Source: Dehalococcoidia bacterium (GTDB taxonomy: Bacteria > Chloroflexota > Dehalococcoidia > Plut-88900). From it: a DNA stretch of 64,000 nucleotides. The stretch covers positions 928,001 to 992,000 of the forward strand of contig CBDFLQ010000007.1 of the NCBI GenBank assembly GCA_965249275.1, written 5' to 3'. Shown here piece by piece: positions 9,563 to 21,382 of this stretch (the first letter of the stretch is position 1; the number at the start of each line of letters is the position of its first letter). The position numbers were made by a program, and so were the translations under genes. The notes under the pieces are model-generated. The model searched no databases and was not told where the DNA came from. It saw only the letters and a list, made by a program, of their open reading frames with translations.

Positions 9563-10969
9563 TTGCTGTTTGCCGGTGGTGAGTCCAACGTCTTTGAGGC
9601 CGTAACTCACCTGGTCTTCCAACTCGGCGTAATCCTGATTATGGCCAAGCTTGGAGGCGAGGTATTCACACGTTTTCTGAAGCTCCCGGCCGTCATCGGG
9701 GAATTGCTGATAGGTGTGGCCATAGGCCCCTACGCCTTGGGCAACTACATAAACCTGGGCAAGATTATTCCCGGCTCGGGTCTTGGAACCCTTTTTCCCA
9801 AGCCTGATATTCCGACCGAGGCCATAAGCCTAGAGCTATTCTCCATATCGGAGATCGCGGTTATTGTCCTTCTCTTTTTCGTTGGGCTGGAAACGAACCT
9901 AGGGCAGTTCATGCGCTACGCGAAGCCGGGCTTGGTCATCGCCCTCGGCGGCGTCATAGTTCCTTTCATCTTGGGTGTTGTCGCGACCATCATGTTCGGC
10001 TATGCAGACGGAATAGGCAGCGCTGAGGCCCTCTTTATGGGCGCCGCCATGACCGCGACCTCTGTAGGCATCACCGCCCGCGTCCTGAGCGAAAGGAAGA
10101 AACTCGCTACGCCGGAGGGGGTCACCATCCTGGCGGCCGCCGTTATCGACGACATCCTCGGCATCCTTATCCTAACCTTGGCCGTGGGAGTAGCCGATAC
10201 AGGTGCAGTCTCCCTCACAGACATACTGATCGTGGGAGGGAAGGCAGCGGGTTTTCTGGTCGTCTGGTTCGGGGGAGGGTTGCTGGTATCCAAGTATTTA
10301 TCGAAGTTCATACTGTCGCTAAAGGTAACAGGAGCGGCGATCGTGATTGCGCTAGGTCTCGCGCTGCTATCCTCTGGACTTGCGGAGAGCTTTGGCCTGG
10401 CGTTTATCATCGGGGCATACGCCACCGGCCTTGCTCTTTCAGGCACCAAGCTTGCTGAGGTGCTCGTACATTCTCCGGAAGGGGCCGAAAGCGGGGAACG
10501 CAGATTGGACCCTCCTTTCGTGGTTTTGCACGATGCCCTAGTACCCATCTTCTTCGTAGTGCAGGGGATGCAGGTGGACGTGACTCTATTCGGAGGGGTA
10601 ATTGTGTTCGGCTTAGTTCTCTCGGCCTTAGCCATCGTCTCCAAAGTATTTGGCACCGGACTTCCGGCCATGGGTCTGGGATTCAATAGGCTGGGCGCCT
10701 CCAGGATAGGGTTTGGGATGCTTCCCAGGGGCGAAGTTGCGCTAATCATTGCCGGCATCGGCCTTAGCAAGGGGGTAATCGGGGGCGAGCTTTTCGGGGT
10801 CACAGTATTCATGACCATAGTGACCACCCTGCTGGCGCCCCTCGCGCTTCAACCGCTCTTCTCGGGCGACAAGGCCGGGATTCGAGCGAGCCTGGAAGGA
10901 CGAATCCTGCCTCATGCTCTCGCCACTCCGTCCGAGCAACAGGCTGAAGAGATTGAAAAAGAGGAGTGA
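9563..10969 (+). CDS. Cation:proton antiporter (CPA2)
   Basis: Many TM helices; LPAVIGELLIG, TATSVGIT, AAVIDDILG and GMLPRGEVALI motifs. Confidence 0.92.
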   Translation: MLFAGGESNVFEAVTHLVFQLGVILIMAKLGGEVFTRFLKLPAVIGELLIGVAIGPYALGNYINLGKIIPGSGLGTLFPKPDIPTEAISLELFSISEIAVIVLLFFVGLETNLGQFMRYAKPGLVIALGGVIVPFILGVVATIMFGYADGIGSAEALFMGAAMTATSVGITARVLSERKKLATPEGVTILAAAVIDDILGILILTLAVGVADTGAVSLTDILIVGGKAAGFLVVWFGGGLLVSKYLSKFILSLKVTGAAIVIALGLALLSSGLAESFGLAFIIGAYATGLALSGTKLAEVLVHSPEGAESGERRLDPPFVVLHDALVPIFFVVQGMQVDVTLFGGVIVFGLVLSALAIVSKVFGTGLPAMGLGFNRLGASRIGFGMLPRGEVALIIAGIGLSKGVIGGELFGVTVFMTIVTTLLAPLALQPLFSGDKAGIRASLEGRILPHALATPSEQQAEEIEKEE

Positions 10970-11097
10970 GCATCGGGAGTGGGTTCTCCGAAGGCTACGG
11001 CTCCCGAGGCGAAGGGTTGTTAGACCGTCCTGTAGTAGGACATCTATGCCTGTACCATCCTTGCGCCCACCCGTGAGCAGGACTATCCTTTAGGCGC

Positions 11098-11172
11098 GCC
11101 CCCGTAGCTCAGAGGATAGAGCGCCAGCCTCCGGAGCTGGAAGCGTGGGTTCGAGTCCCGCCGGGGGTACCA
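11098..11172 (+). tRNA. tRNA-Arg(CCG)
   Basis: GCCCCCG/CGGGGGT acceptor, CCAGC-CTCCGGA-GCTGG anticodon arm, TTCGAGT, CCA. Confidence 0.96.
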
Positions 11173-11274
11173 AAACGTACTGTACTAATAACTCGCCCGT
11201 TCAGGGCGACCTCAGCGTTGTCCACGCTCCCAATGAGACTGTCCCGCGACGTGGGCAATGAGTAGAGAATGACG

Positions 11275-11440
11275 GCCCTTCGAGCCATCGATAAGGGTCA
11301 ACGGCCTGTTTCGCACGCACCTACGACCTGATGGAGGTTCTGCGCCGGGATCGGGCCGAGCACAACTTGGACCGGCACATGCGGATCTACATATATCCCA
11401 AGGTGCTGGTGACGGATAGTTCGACGTTGGGCCTATGGCT
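11275..11440 (+). pseudogene. Degraded IS21 istB (helper ATPase) fragment
   Basis: Frame from 11307 reads CFARTYDLMEVLRRDRAEHNLDRHMRIYIYPKVLVTD, resembling the IstB segment ending in Walker B; frameshifted on both sides. Confidence 0.6.
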
Positions 11441-11586
11441 CGTCGCGGGCCGCTCCAGACGCAGGATCCAGCTAGGTTAGCGACCGGGCCAGTGGCCCGC
11501 TTACAACCCATCCAACACAGGGGGTCGTCTCCATCCGGGGCGGCCTAGGCAAAACTGTACTACAATTTCCAGTTGAAGAATGCTCT

Positions 11587-13449
11587 ATGACAGTCCCTGA
11601 GGAAATAAATTTGAGCGACCATCAGAACAGCGATATCCGTAATCTGGCCATCATAGCCCATGTCGACCACGGCAAAACTACCCTGGTCGACGCACTGTTA
11701 AAACAAGGCCAGGTCTTCCGCGCCCACCAGCAGGTAGGAACCTTGATCATGGACACCAACGAACTGGAGCGAGAGCGCGGCATCACGATTCTGGCTAAGA
11801 ATGCCTCGGTTTCATACGAGGGCATCAGGATCAACATCATCGACACGCCGGGCCACGCAGACTTCGGCGGCGAGGTGGAGCGTGTCATGAATATGGCCGA
11901 CGGCTGTCTGTTGCTCGTAGACGCCGTGGACGGACCCATGCCCCAGACCACTTACGTGCTTCGCCAAGCCCTTAAGCAAAACGTCACCCCAATGGTGGTT
12001 ATCAACAAAATAGACCGACCCGAGGCCCGGGCAGCCGAGGTGGTAGACATGGTCCAGGACCTGTTTTTGGAGGTGGCAACCAACGCCGAACAGCTGGATT
12101 TCCCCGTTCTCTATGCATCTGCACGGGACGGTTATGCCACAACGAGCCTGAACGAGCCTGGGTTGAACATGCAACCTCTCTTTGAAGCCATCCTCAATTC
12201 TGTGCCCCCGCCGACCGGCGACAGCTGCGCCCCACTGCAAATGCTTGTTGCGGCTCTCGATTACGACAGCTATCTCGGTCAAGTTGCTATCGGACGGATT
12301 ACCAACGGCACACTCAGACTGCGCGATCACGTGGTCCTGTTGGGACGCAACGCCGAGCCCACCTCCCACGTTGTGGAGCGCATATTCGTGTTTCGTGGAA
12401 TGGAGCGGGTTGAAGTTTCCGAATCCCATGCCGGCGACATCGTTGCGGTCACCGGCCCCGAAGGCGTGTCAATAGGCGACACCATCGCCTCTCTGGAACA
12501 CCCGCAGGCTCTACCTACCATAGACATCAACGAACCGACGGTACGCATGACCTTTGGCGTCAGCACCTCACCTTTCATGGGCATAGAGGGAGAACACTGT
12601 ACCTCCCGTCAACTCTACGCTCGGCTGATGAGAGAGCTGCGGACCAACGTAAGCATGCGGGTGGAAACCACCTCCAGCCCCGACGTGTTCGTGATCTCCG
12701 GACGTGGAGAGTTGCACCTGTCCATCCTGGTTGAGACCATGCGGCGTGAGCAGTTCGAATTCCAAGTGTCTCGTCCCGCTCCAGTCACCAAGATCATCGC
12801 TGGCAAGGTGCACGAACCTTGGGAGATTTTGAATATCACCACCCACGAAGAGCACGTGGGCGCACTGACCAAACACATTTCCGCCAACTTGGGCCAGCTC
12901 AGGGACATACGCTACGCCGAGGACGGCTACGTCTACCTCGAATACAAGATCCCCACCCGGGGACTCATCGGATTCAACGCTTTCTTTCTCCGCGCAACGC
13001 GGGGCGACGGGGTGATGAGCAGTATCTTTACCTCGTACGAACCGATGGAAGGGGAAATTCAGACGCAGCGCAGCGGCGTACTTGTCGCATCCGAGGGCGG
13101 CGTCGCCGTCACCTATGGTCTGCTCATCGCCCAGGGAAGGGGCGACACGTTCATCGACCCCGGCACCAAGGTCTACGCCGGCATGATCGTAGGCTCCAAT
13201 TCCCGCGGTGACGACATAGAGATTAACGTCTGCAAGGAGAAGAAGCTGACCAACATGCGTTCTTCAACGGCCGACATAACGAAGCGCCTGAAGGCCACCG
13301 TGAACATGAGTCTTGAGGAAGCGCTGGCGTTCACTGCAGATGACGAGTTCGTGGAGGTCACTCCCAAGAACTTGCGGCTACGCAAGATGGAACTCTCCTC
13401 CGTGGACCGTAAGCGCAAGCGCCGCGACGGAGCCCGGGCTCGAGACTAG
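11587..13449 (+). CDS. typA: Translational GTPase TypA/BipA
   Basis: [54 protein letters not shown]. Confidence 0.97.
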   Translation: MTVPEEINLSDHQNSDIRNLAIIAHVDHGKTTLVDALLKQGQVFRAHQQVGTLIMDTNELERERGITILAKNASVSYEGIRINIIDTPGHADFGGEVERVMNMADGCLLLVDAVDGPMPQTTYVLRQALKQNVTPMVVINKIDRPEARAAEVVDMVQDLFLEVATNAEQLDFPVLYASARDGYATTSLNEPGLNMQPLFEAILNSVPPPTGDSCAPLQMLVAALDYDSYLGQVAIGRITNGTLRLRDHVVLLGRNAEPTSHVVERIFVFRGMERVEVSESHAGDIVAVTGPEGVSIGDTIASLEHPQALPTIDINEPTVRMTFGVSTSPFMGIEGEHCTSRQLYARLMRELRTNVSMRVETTSSPDVFVISGRGELHLSILVETMRREQFEFQVSRPAPVTKIIAGKVHEPWEILNITTHEEHVGALTKHISANLGQLRDIRYAEDGYVYLEYKIPTRGLIGFNAFFLRATRGDGVMSSIFTSYEPMEGEIQTQRSGVLVASEGGVAVTYGLLIAQGRGDTFIDPGTKVYAGMIVGSNSRGDDIEINVCKEKKLTNMRSSTADITKRLKATVNMSLEEALAFTADDEFVEVTPKNLRLRKMELSSVDRKRKRRDGARARD

Positions 13450-13654
13450 GCAGGCCCCGAAATGCCGGCGATTTGTGGCGGCGCAAGCCGCCCAGGAACC
13501 GGACACTGAATTTCTGTTACAATATGTCAACGCACGTGACCGGCGCACCCCGTCTTATTCGGAAGTGGGCTATCATCTGCCCCACTGTATTGTTTTCCCC
13601 AACCAGCGTCGGCTCATTATTTCAACCCACCAAGAAGAGGTACTTCATTTCCGC

Positions 13655-15043
13655 ATGCCATCCACATCCATGACTACCCGCGCCCGCAAACCCGACCATA
13701 CGATACGCTACCAAGCAGTTTGCACCGACTGTAACGCATCCACATCCGTCCCCTTCCAGCCTCGGCCCGACAGGCCGGTGTACTGCAATCCTTGCCTCCA
13801 ATTCCGTCGTCGCTCCCCACGGGCCGCGGCCAAGACGCGCGTGAACGAACCAGTGACGGAGTATGAATCCCGCGATGATATCGCTACCGCCGTGGATTCC
13901 GTATTTCCCGGAATGGCCCTGAAGGCCGCTACCAGGCGGGCGATTGCACGGATGGACATATCCGAACCCACGCCCATACAGGAGAAATCGATCCCGCACC
14001 TGCTTGAGGGACGCGACCTGATAGGCCAGGCACGCACCGGGTCCGGCAAGACTCTTGCGTTCGCAGTTCCTATGGTGGAGCAGTGCGACCCATCAGTCCG
14101 GCAGATTCAGGCGCTTGTGCTGGTTCCCACGCGAGAACTGGCGATTCAGGTGGCCGAAGTCACAGCAGCCCTGGCATCGACACAGCGCCTTCGTGTCACG
14201 TTACTGTACGGCGGCCGGTCGATAAGGCCGGAGCACGCAGCGTTGAAGAGCGGCGTCCACATAGTAATTGGCACGCCGGGCCGGACCCTCGACCATCTAC
14301 GCCAAGGCACCCTCGACCTGCGGTCCGTGCGATTCATGGTGTTGGATGAAGCCGACGAGATGCTGGACAGAGGCTTCGCCCGCGATGTCGAGGCAATCCT
14401 TGCAAAGACGCCCTCGGAACGCCAAACCGCGCTCATGTCTGCCACAATGCCAGAGTGGGTTGCCAAGACCGCTGCCAAGCACCTGAAACACCCCGTAACG
14501 GTCGAAGTAGACTCAGACTTGCAATCCCTGCCTACGGTGGACCACCTCGTGTACACCATCCGCAAGAGCGACAAGATCGAGGTTCTCCAAGATCTTCTGA
14601 ACGAGCGGCGCGGGGCCTTGGTCATTGTCTTCGGCAAGACCAAGCACGGCGTCAAGAAGCTGGCGAAACAACTCAACGGCTTGGGTTATCCGGTTGGAGC
14701 GCTGCAAGGCAACCTCAGCCAAAACGCCCGTGAGCGCGTGATGAAGGACTTCCGCTCCGGCGTCTCGCCAATCCTTGTTGCAACGAATGTAGCGGCCAGA
14801 GGGCTGGACGTTGAAGGCATCGAACAGGTTATCAACTATGACCTTCCGGACACAAAGCTGCTCTTCACACACCGGGTCGGCCGAACTGGCCGAATGGGCC
14901 GCTCCGGCGAGGCGGTGACGCTCATCACTTCGGATGAAGAGCGGAAGTGGCGGGAGATTGAGCGGGGCCTGGGTCGCCATTTCAAACGCATGCCCTGGAG
15001 TTTCACCCGTCAGCAAGCGCAGCCTCAAAAGAGCTACGCGTAG
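13655..15043 (+). CDS. DEAD-box RNA helicase with N-terminal CxxC-x17-CxxC zinc ribbon
   Basis: CTDC..VPFQPRPDRPVYCNPC; Q motif, TGSGKT, PTRELA, DEAD, SAT, HRVGRTGR; start moved from 13313 (which overlaps typA) to ATG 13655. Confidence 0.92.
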   Translation: MPSTSMTTRARKPDHTIRYQAVCTDCNASTSVPFQPRPDRPVYCNPCLQFRRRSPRAAAKTRVNEPVTEYESRDDIATAVDSVFPGMALKAATRRAIARMDISEPTPIQEKSIPHLLEGRDLIGQARTGSGKTLAFAVPMVEQCDPSVRQIQALVLVPTRELAIQVAEVTAALASTQRLRVTLLYGGRSIRPEHAALKSGVHIVIGTPGRTLDHLRQGTLDLRSVRFMVLDEADEMLDRGFARDVEAILAKTPSERQTALMSATMPEWVAKTAAKHLKHPVTVEVDSDLQSLPTVDHLVYTIRKSDKIEVLQDLLNERRGALVIVFGKTKHGVKKLAKQLNGLGYPVGALQGNLSQNARERVMKDFRSGVSPILVATNVAARGLDVEGIEQVINYDLPDTKLLFTHRVGRTGRMGRSGEAVTLITSDEERKWREIERGLGRHFKRMPWSFTRQQAQPQKSYA

Positions 15044-15079
15044 GGCATCCACACCTCGCCTCAAATCTCTCGGGTTTTT

Positions 15080-16141
15080 CTACCCCCTCTGGTGTCCCAT
15101 ATTCACTGACGGTCTGCAACCGGGATAGAATTGGGCAAAATAGGCGCGATAGGTCATGATTTCGCCGTCTGAATCGCAGAGGATCGGGTTGGATTGGTAC
15201 CGTTTACGGCTCCCGATAACCACATCCTGCATGACATCCTGCCTTTGCTGAGAAGCCATGAACTTGTTCATGATAGGCGCACGCAGCCTCAGTGGGAGAA
15301 ACCTCAGGCCTGCAATCCATCGTCTCGGGTTACGTGTCTCCCGCACCTGCGAGACCAGCGACAATTCGATTAGGTCGCCGTCGACAGGCGCAGCCAGTAC
15401 CCACAGACGCATATCCATGCCGATAGAGCACTCTCGTAACTCTACAAACGAGTAGTCCAACCCAAATACACGGGTGCTTGTGGAGAAGTCAAGTGTGAGG
15501 GTCGCAATTTTGACGATCTTCCGGGTTGTCCTGAAGTCGAAGCGGCTCTCGAGACACGGCCCGTACACCGATATTGGCTCGATGCGTTTCACATTGTCGT
15601 AGCCGTGGACGCGGCGCAGGTGGGCCAAATCCACTGAGTTCTCCGTTGTTTCCTGGGGATGGCCGGGAAAGCGAAATGTCCGGATCTCGAGGTTGCTCCA
15701 GCCGGCTTGGTCCGGCTGATCCGTCGGCAGTCTCCATTGCGGCGCCCGTCCCCGGAATCCCCACCAGGCGAATATCAGGCCGGAAATTTCCTGTGTTTCG
15801 AAGACTCGCAACCTGGCGGACCCCCGGTGGAGGGGCAAAGGGAGCGGCTACGCACTGGCCGGTTGCATCGAACTCAAAGCCGTGGAAGGGACAGACTAGC
15901 CGTCCACCACATATCCGTCCCTTGCGGCAGGTCCCAGGTCAGAACCCAGGTGCGGACAGACGGCCTCGGCGACACAGACTCGCCCATTTTCGTCGCACCA
16001 GACAACGATGTTCTCCCCCATCCAAGTCTTTTGGATGAGCTTGGCCTTCGGTACGTCGAGGCGACTTGCAATGAAGTACCAGCCCTCGGGAAACGGGGGA
16101 GGCAGACGTGCGTTCGCAGGCTCCCTACGCTGGGATGTCAT
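15080..16141 (-). pseudogene. Rieske oxygenase (KshA/Neverland-like), frameshifted
   Basis: FPEGWY, CPHLG..CPFHG and ENSVDLAHLRRVH motifs split over different frames; shifts near 15920 and at the G-run 15821-15825. Confidence 0.85.
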
Positions 16142-16599
16142 CGTTCGACACTCCTGACACAGAATCTCGGTGCGACGGCTTCCTTGCCGGCCAAGATCCC
16201 CGCCTAGGGTGCGAAAGCCGTTTGTCCATCCCACCCTGGGTACGCATGCGTTGTTTCAGAGATGTGACGATACATCGTTCCGGTCAAGGCGCCTATATCT
16301 TAGCCTTGCCGATGACACCTTCCGGGGTACGTGCGCGGGTCATCTACCTGCGTGACCACGAATGACGTTGTAGCAGAGGACGATCAACCGATCCACACAT
16401 CAAGCAGCTCAACGACCGTTCCTGTCCGTCGGAGCCGCTTCAGCCCGGAGGCGTTTCTTAGCATCCTGCCAATGTGCGCCGCACATCCGCTTCTGATCGG
16501 ACATTTGGCCCTCTCCTTGGTCGGAATGTATGCTGATCTTAGTTGCAGGAATCCTAAGCGGGATTTGGGTATAGAGATTATGCACGGAGACCGAAAGCT

Positions 16600-18452
16600 A
16601 TGACTCTTCCCAAAGAGGATGTGGCCACCCAACCGCTAACCTTGACCCAAGATCTCATCCTGATGCTCCTCAACGAGGAGAGCGGCTATTTTCATCAAGT
16701 ACCCGGCTGGGACTTGAACTGTGCCGTCGTCGGTGCCGTACTCGCAGAGCTTTCACTCAGGTCTCGCATTGACACGGATCAGGAATCACTGTTCCTCGTG
16801 GACCAGACAGAAACGAGCAACTCCGTTCTGCACCTCATCCTGAAGGAAATTGCATCCGAACCAGTGCAAAGGAACGCACAATACTGGATAGAACGGCTCG
16901 CCCCTCGCGCGGAGTTGATCATTGATTTGACGCTGGATCGCCTGGTTGGCCTCAAGGTTCTGGAACACCACGATGGCGAATTCTGGACGCTATCTCGTAC
17001 TGCATGGCAGACGGGAATGTTCAGCGACTCCCCTGAAGGAACTGCGGTACAGTTCGTCAAAACCCGTATCAGCAATGCGATCTTCAACAAGGAGATTCCC
17101 GACCCGAGAGATGCCATTATTATCTGTCTCATTAACACATGCGACGTGTTTCGCTTCATGTTTCAACTTGATGACGAGTCAGAGCAACGTATTCAGTTCG
17201 TCTGTAAGATGGATCTGATAGGTCGTTCCATCGCTGCCGCAGTCTCCCATAATCTCGCCGGGCCGCTGCTTCGACGTTCGGCTCTGACCAAGAAAATTCC
17301 GACTGGTTCCCTCCGCAAGCTGCTGTTAAATCCACACCTTCGCAAAGGCAACATCCCTGCTCTCTTTGCCGACCTTACAGAAGAGTATGGCCCGGTGTTT
17401 CAGATCAGCCCTCCCTTTGCCAAACCCATGATATTCCTGGGCGGCCCGGAGACAAACCAATGGGTGCATCGGCGTGGGCGCATGTACCTGAGGGCCAGGG
17501 ACTATTTTGCCGACTTTGAGAAAGTATATGGCGCAGCGGGAGTATTACCTGCCCTGGATGGCGCAGATCATTTCCGGCTCCGCAAGTCCTTGTCAGCGGC
17601 TTATTCCCGTAAAAGACTAGCGGGGCAGATGGACGCACTCTATGACCATGCGCGGAAATATATGGCGAATTGGAAGGTTGGAGACTCCTATCCTGCGACG
17701 AGCATGAGCCGGCGAATGATAAACGCTCAAATCTCACCCCTCATGGTCGGCGTTGAAACTCAGGACATCATCGACGACCTGTTGAAGTTCAAGGAGTGGG
17801 CGCTCAGCGTTCACATAATGAAAGTGCTGCCAAAGTTCATGCTGAAAAACCCCGGCATGAGGCGCCGTGCCAAAAACATCGCAACGCTGCTTGAACGAAT
17901 CCAGAGCGTACATACTCCCGCCCAGCGAGCGGGAGCACACCGAAACCTGGTGGACGACTATCTAAGCCTGCACGCGAGTGACCCGCAATTCGTACCCGAA
18001 TCGAACCTGAGCTTCGCTTTTACTGCGGCGCTGGAAGCCTGCGCATATACCCCATCGTCCCGATGTCCATGCGGCACGTGATGAATTCGTGTGTGGTCGA
18101 AGACTACGCGTTGCCGGTAGGATCAAAGGTTATCATTGCCCAGACGGCCTCGCATTACATGAAGGATATCTTTCCTGACCCATTCAAATTCGATATTGAC
18201 CGCTATCTGCCTCCGCGTAATGAGCACCGCAGTCCCGGGTACGCGCCGTACGGGCTGGGCACGCACACTCGTCTGGGCTCCCGTTGGATGGAACTGCAGC
18301 TGGCGGTTAATGTGCTGATGGCCGCACATTACTTCAGCCTTAAGGTGTCCCCGGAAAACTACAAGCTCCGGTTCAACCCATTGCCGTCCATGAAGTCGAG
18401 CAAAAAGCTGAAGTTCCTCATCGCTGAGCAAAGGCACCATCTGCACGCCTGA
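16600..18452 (+). pseudogene. GPP34(GOLPH3)-cytochrome P450 fusion, inactivated
   Basis: N-terminal LTLTQDLILMLLNEESG..GAVLAELSL is GPP34-like; P450 body lacks the I-helix region, is frameshifted at ~18036 inside ExxR, and its heme motif reads YGLGTHTRLG (CGT in place of Cys at 18270). Confidence 0.85.
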
Positions 18453-18484
18453 TCCCGGCCGGGTCTTAACGGTTGACGATCTAG

Positions 18485-19680
18485 GAAACCTCTGAACAAG
18501 TCTAAGGGCATAGGTAATAGGTAAGATAAGGAGAGTAAGGCCAAAGCTGAGGTGAGATTTGATGGAGCAGCCGACATTTGCAGACTTGGAATACGAGGGC
18601 AAGAAGCGAAAGACCCGCCGGGAGATATTTCTGGAGCGGATGGAGGACCTGGTTCCATGGGGAAAGTTAGAGGAGCGAATCCGGCCCTACTATTCCAGGG
18701 CGGGCCGTGGACGGAGGCCCTACGAGTTGTCGGTGATGCTGCGGATACACTGCGTGCAGCTGTTCTACAACCTGAGCGATCCGGGCATGGAGGACATGCT
18801 CTACGAGGTGGAGTCGGTGAGGCGGTTCGCAGGTCTGAGGCTGTCCGGCCCCTTGCCTGACGAGACTACGATACTGAACTTCCGCCATCTGCTGGAAGAG
18901 CAGGAGTTGGGTCGGGGGCTGTTCGAGGAGATCAACCGTCATCTGGAGTCTCGGGGACTGAGGCTCAGGGAGGGTACGATTGTGGATGCGAGCATCATCG
19001 AGGCGCCGGCGTCTACGAAGAACCGTGCTGGAGAGCGAGACCCCGATATGCACCAGGTGAAGAAGGGGAAGGAGTGGCACTTCGGTATGAAAGTGCACAT
19101 TGGTGCAGACGCTGACACGGGGGTGGTGCACAGTATGAGTACGACAGCTGCGAACGTGCATGACATGACGGAGGCGCACCGGCTGCTGCATGGAGGGGAG
19201 AGGCGAGTGTGGGGAGATGCGGGATATCAGGGAGTGGAGAAGCGGGCGGAGAATCGGGATATGGATGTGGAGTGGCGGGTGGCGATGAGACCTGGACGGC
19301 GTCGGAAACTGAGGGCGGGGAGCTGCGAGGCCTTGGCGGAGAAGAGCAAATCATCCATCAGGGCTAAGGTGGAGCATCCGTTCCTGTACGTGAAACGGCA
19401 CTTCGGCTACGCCAAGGTCCGCTACAGGGGCTTGTACAAGAACACGCAACGGGTGGCGATGCTGCTGGGGCTGGCCAACTTGGTAAGGGCCGAGCGCCAC
19501 TTAGCGGTGTGACGGAGGAGCAGTGTGGTCAAATCCGGGTCGATGGTGACTGGATGCCCTGACAGGCCAGAACATAGGATGCAAATAAGCCACCGAGACG
19601 CAACATTACGACCCAACCTCTCCCCAAAACTCCATGCAAGACAACCTAAGCTGGTTTACAGTGAGTTGTTCAGAGCTTCC
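18485..19680 (+). mobile_element. IS5-family insertion sequence (1196 bp)
   Basis: TIRs GAAACCTCTGAACAAGTC / GGAAGCTCTGAACAACTC (15/18 match), flanked by CTAG duplication at 18481-18484 and 19681-19684. Confidence 0.95.
18559..19512 (+). CDS. IS5-family DDE transposase
   Basis: TRREIFL, PDETTILNFRHLLE, IVDASII, WHFGMKVHIG, GDAGY, RAKVEHPF. Confidence 0.95.
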   Translation: MMEQPTFADLEYEGKKRKTRREIFLERMEDLVPWGKLEERIRPYYSRAGRGRRPYELSVMLRIHCVQLFYNLSDPGMEDMLYEVESVRRFAGLRLSGPLPDETTILNFRHLLEEQELGRGLFEEINRHLESRGLRLREGTIVDASIIEAPASTKNRAGERDPDMHQVKKGKEWHFGMKVHIGADADTGVVHSMSTTAANVHDMTEAHRLLHGGERRVWGDAGYQGVEKRAENRDMDVEWRVAMRPGRRRKLRAGSCEALAEKSKSSIRAKVEHPFLYVKRHFGYAKVRYRGLYKNTQRVAMLLGLANLVRAERHLAV

Positions 19681-19705
19681 CTAGAACACCCCTGCACCCT
19701 TTAGG

Positions 19706-20245
19706 CTACGACGAGTCCTGTTCCTCCCCGTGGCGCCGATGCACGGCGTCGATCGAGACCGGAGTGCCGTCCGTGTCATTGCCAGTCAACGCCGAAAGCA
19801 CCGCCTTGATCTCCGGAGGCCCGGGAGTTGAGTCGATTTTCGCCTGTGTGACTGACTCGAAGGAGTCCACTTGGAGCAGGGCTTTAATGATAGAAGTGGG
19901 CGCGATGACCGGATCTGACCGGACAAGCAGCACTCCAACCTCCGGGTCGCTGACAATGTCATTTATCAGAGCGTCCATCTGGGAAAGCCCTTCGGGAGTG
20001 ATCACCTCCCCGCGGAAGAGCAGTGTTACAACGCTAGTTTCCCCGGAGTCCCCGAATAGGTCATCTATTTCGGCCATCGCCTCGGTGATGGCACTCCCCT
20101 CGGGAAGCGTCGCCGCGGTCTACGGCGGCGGTGCGCGCTGCGTCGCGCCCGCGGCTAGCAGAACGGTGATGATTAGGATAAACAGGACCGTGATGTATGG
20201 ACGGGCGGTGACCAGCCAGCTCATCTTTTCGGGTATATTGCTCAT
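19706..20245 (-). pseudogene. Truncated MMPL/RND-family membrane protein
   Basis: ATG 20245 MSNIPEKMSWLVTARPYITVLFILIITVLLAAGA, in-frame TAG at codon 42, then LPEGS..AMAEIDDLFG; stops after ~180 codons. Confidence 0.65.
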
Positions 20246-21382
20246 TGTGTACCCTTCAATCTTAGGCTGCCCCGGGCGACGGAGCGAGAAGCTCCGTCGG
20301 TATGATTCGTTGCTAGTGCGTCGCTCCGCGTCATCGCCGCTTTCCTTCCTCCAATTGTTCTTGAAGTTGGGCCAACGTACGCATAATAATTTAGCGAGAG
20401 AGTTGTCAGGCTAGATAGTCCTGTTACAGACGGTAGGCTCCGTGCAGGATTGATCGTATGGCCAGTTTTCTTCAGCCTTTTATCCTTCCAGCCCGCTGTA
20501 TTGCCCTTGACTGGCGCCCAGCTGATCGGCCAATCTCAATCCTCTAAGCTAAGCTGCCTTTGTGCACAGCGTAGATAACCTAAGGCGAAGGTCGCGGGAA
20601 TTGAGGGTGGGGATGTGGGGGGCGCTAGCACTGTGACGAAATACGTTTGGGGAGAAGCAGGATGATTTCGGCTTGCTGGCCGTGGGAGCAGCCAGCACAA
20701 CCCTCATGGTTATGCCGTCTGTGGTCATCGTGCATTCCCTAGAATTACTGCACTCCGTGTCCCATTCCAAGCCCACCCAAACATGCCCAGTATAGTTGGT
20801 CGGCAACGAAGACCTGCCCCAGAATGCTGGAGCTTGATGTAGTCGTGGGTCAGTCTACATCGCCAAGAGGATGTGCCGCAAGCTGATGTATTCGTTCGAT
20901 AGATTAGTGACACACTGGCCTTTTCTTCAGTCCTCCAGAGGCGGATCTTCGATTGTGGGGTTTCGGTTTCAGTTCTGTCTGTTAGGTTTTGGGAAGGCGA
21001 TGAAAGACGCTTGCTGGATTCGGCTCCCTACATTTAGATAATGCGGGCTAGGAGGCGTCCCGGGAGCGTGGGACGGGGCTCCGCCGCCGCCTAGACCTGG
21101 AAGTATGGTCGGACGTACGGGTCCGTCATCCGTCATAGGCTCCGATGCAGGGTTGGCTGCGCTGTCCGCCTGAGGCGGGTGCAGGAAGGGGAAAGTCCAG
21201 GGTCAGTTCCCCTCGCAGGAGTACGGGGTATCCAGTTAGCCGACGATGTCCCGGAGCCGGGAGACGGCGGCAGCCCAGTTTATTTGAGGAAGCGGACGGA
21301 GAGCCGAGCGGGCCTCGGCTACGGGCTGCCCCGTTCCGCTCCGTAGGACGGGTTGCTCCGTGAGGAGACTTTTAAGTACGAT

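Noticed and set aside
13313-13654. N-terminal extension of the DEAD helicase in the ORF track
   Set aside because: Overlaps the typA 3' end and looks non-coding; ATG 13655 or 13670 is more plausible
16240-16470. Possible decayed small gene upstream of the Rieske pseudogene
   Set aside because: Fragments in several frames; no family could be recognised with confidence
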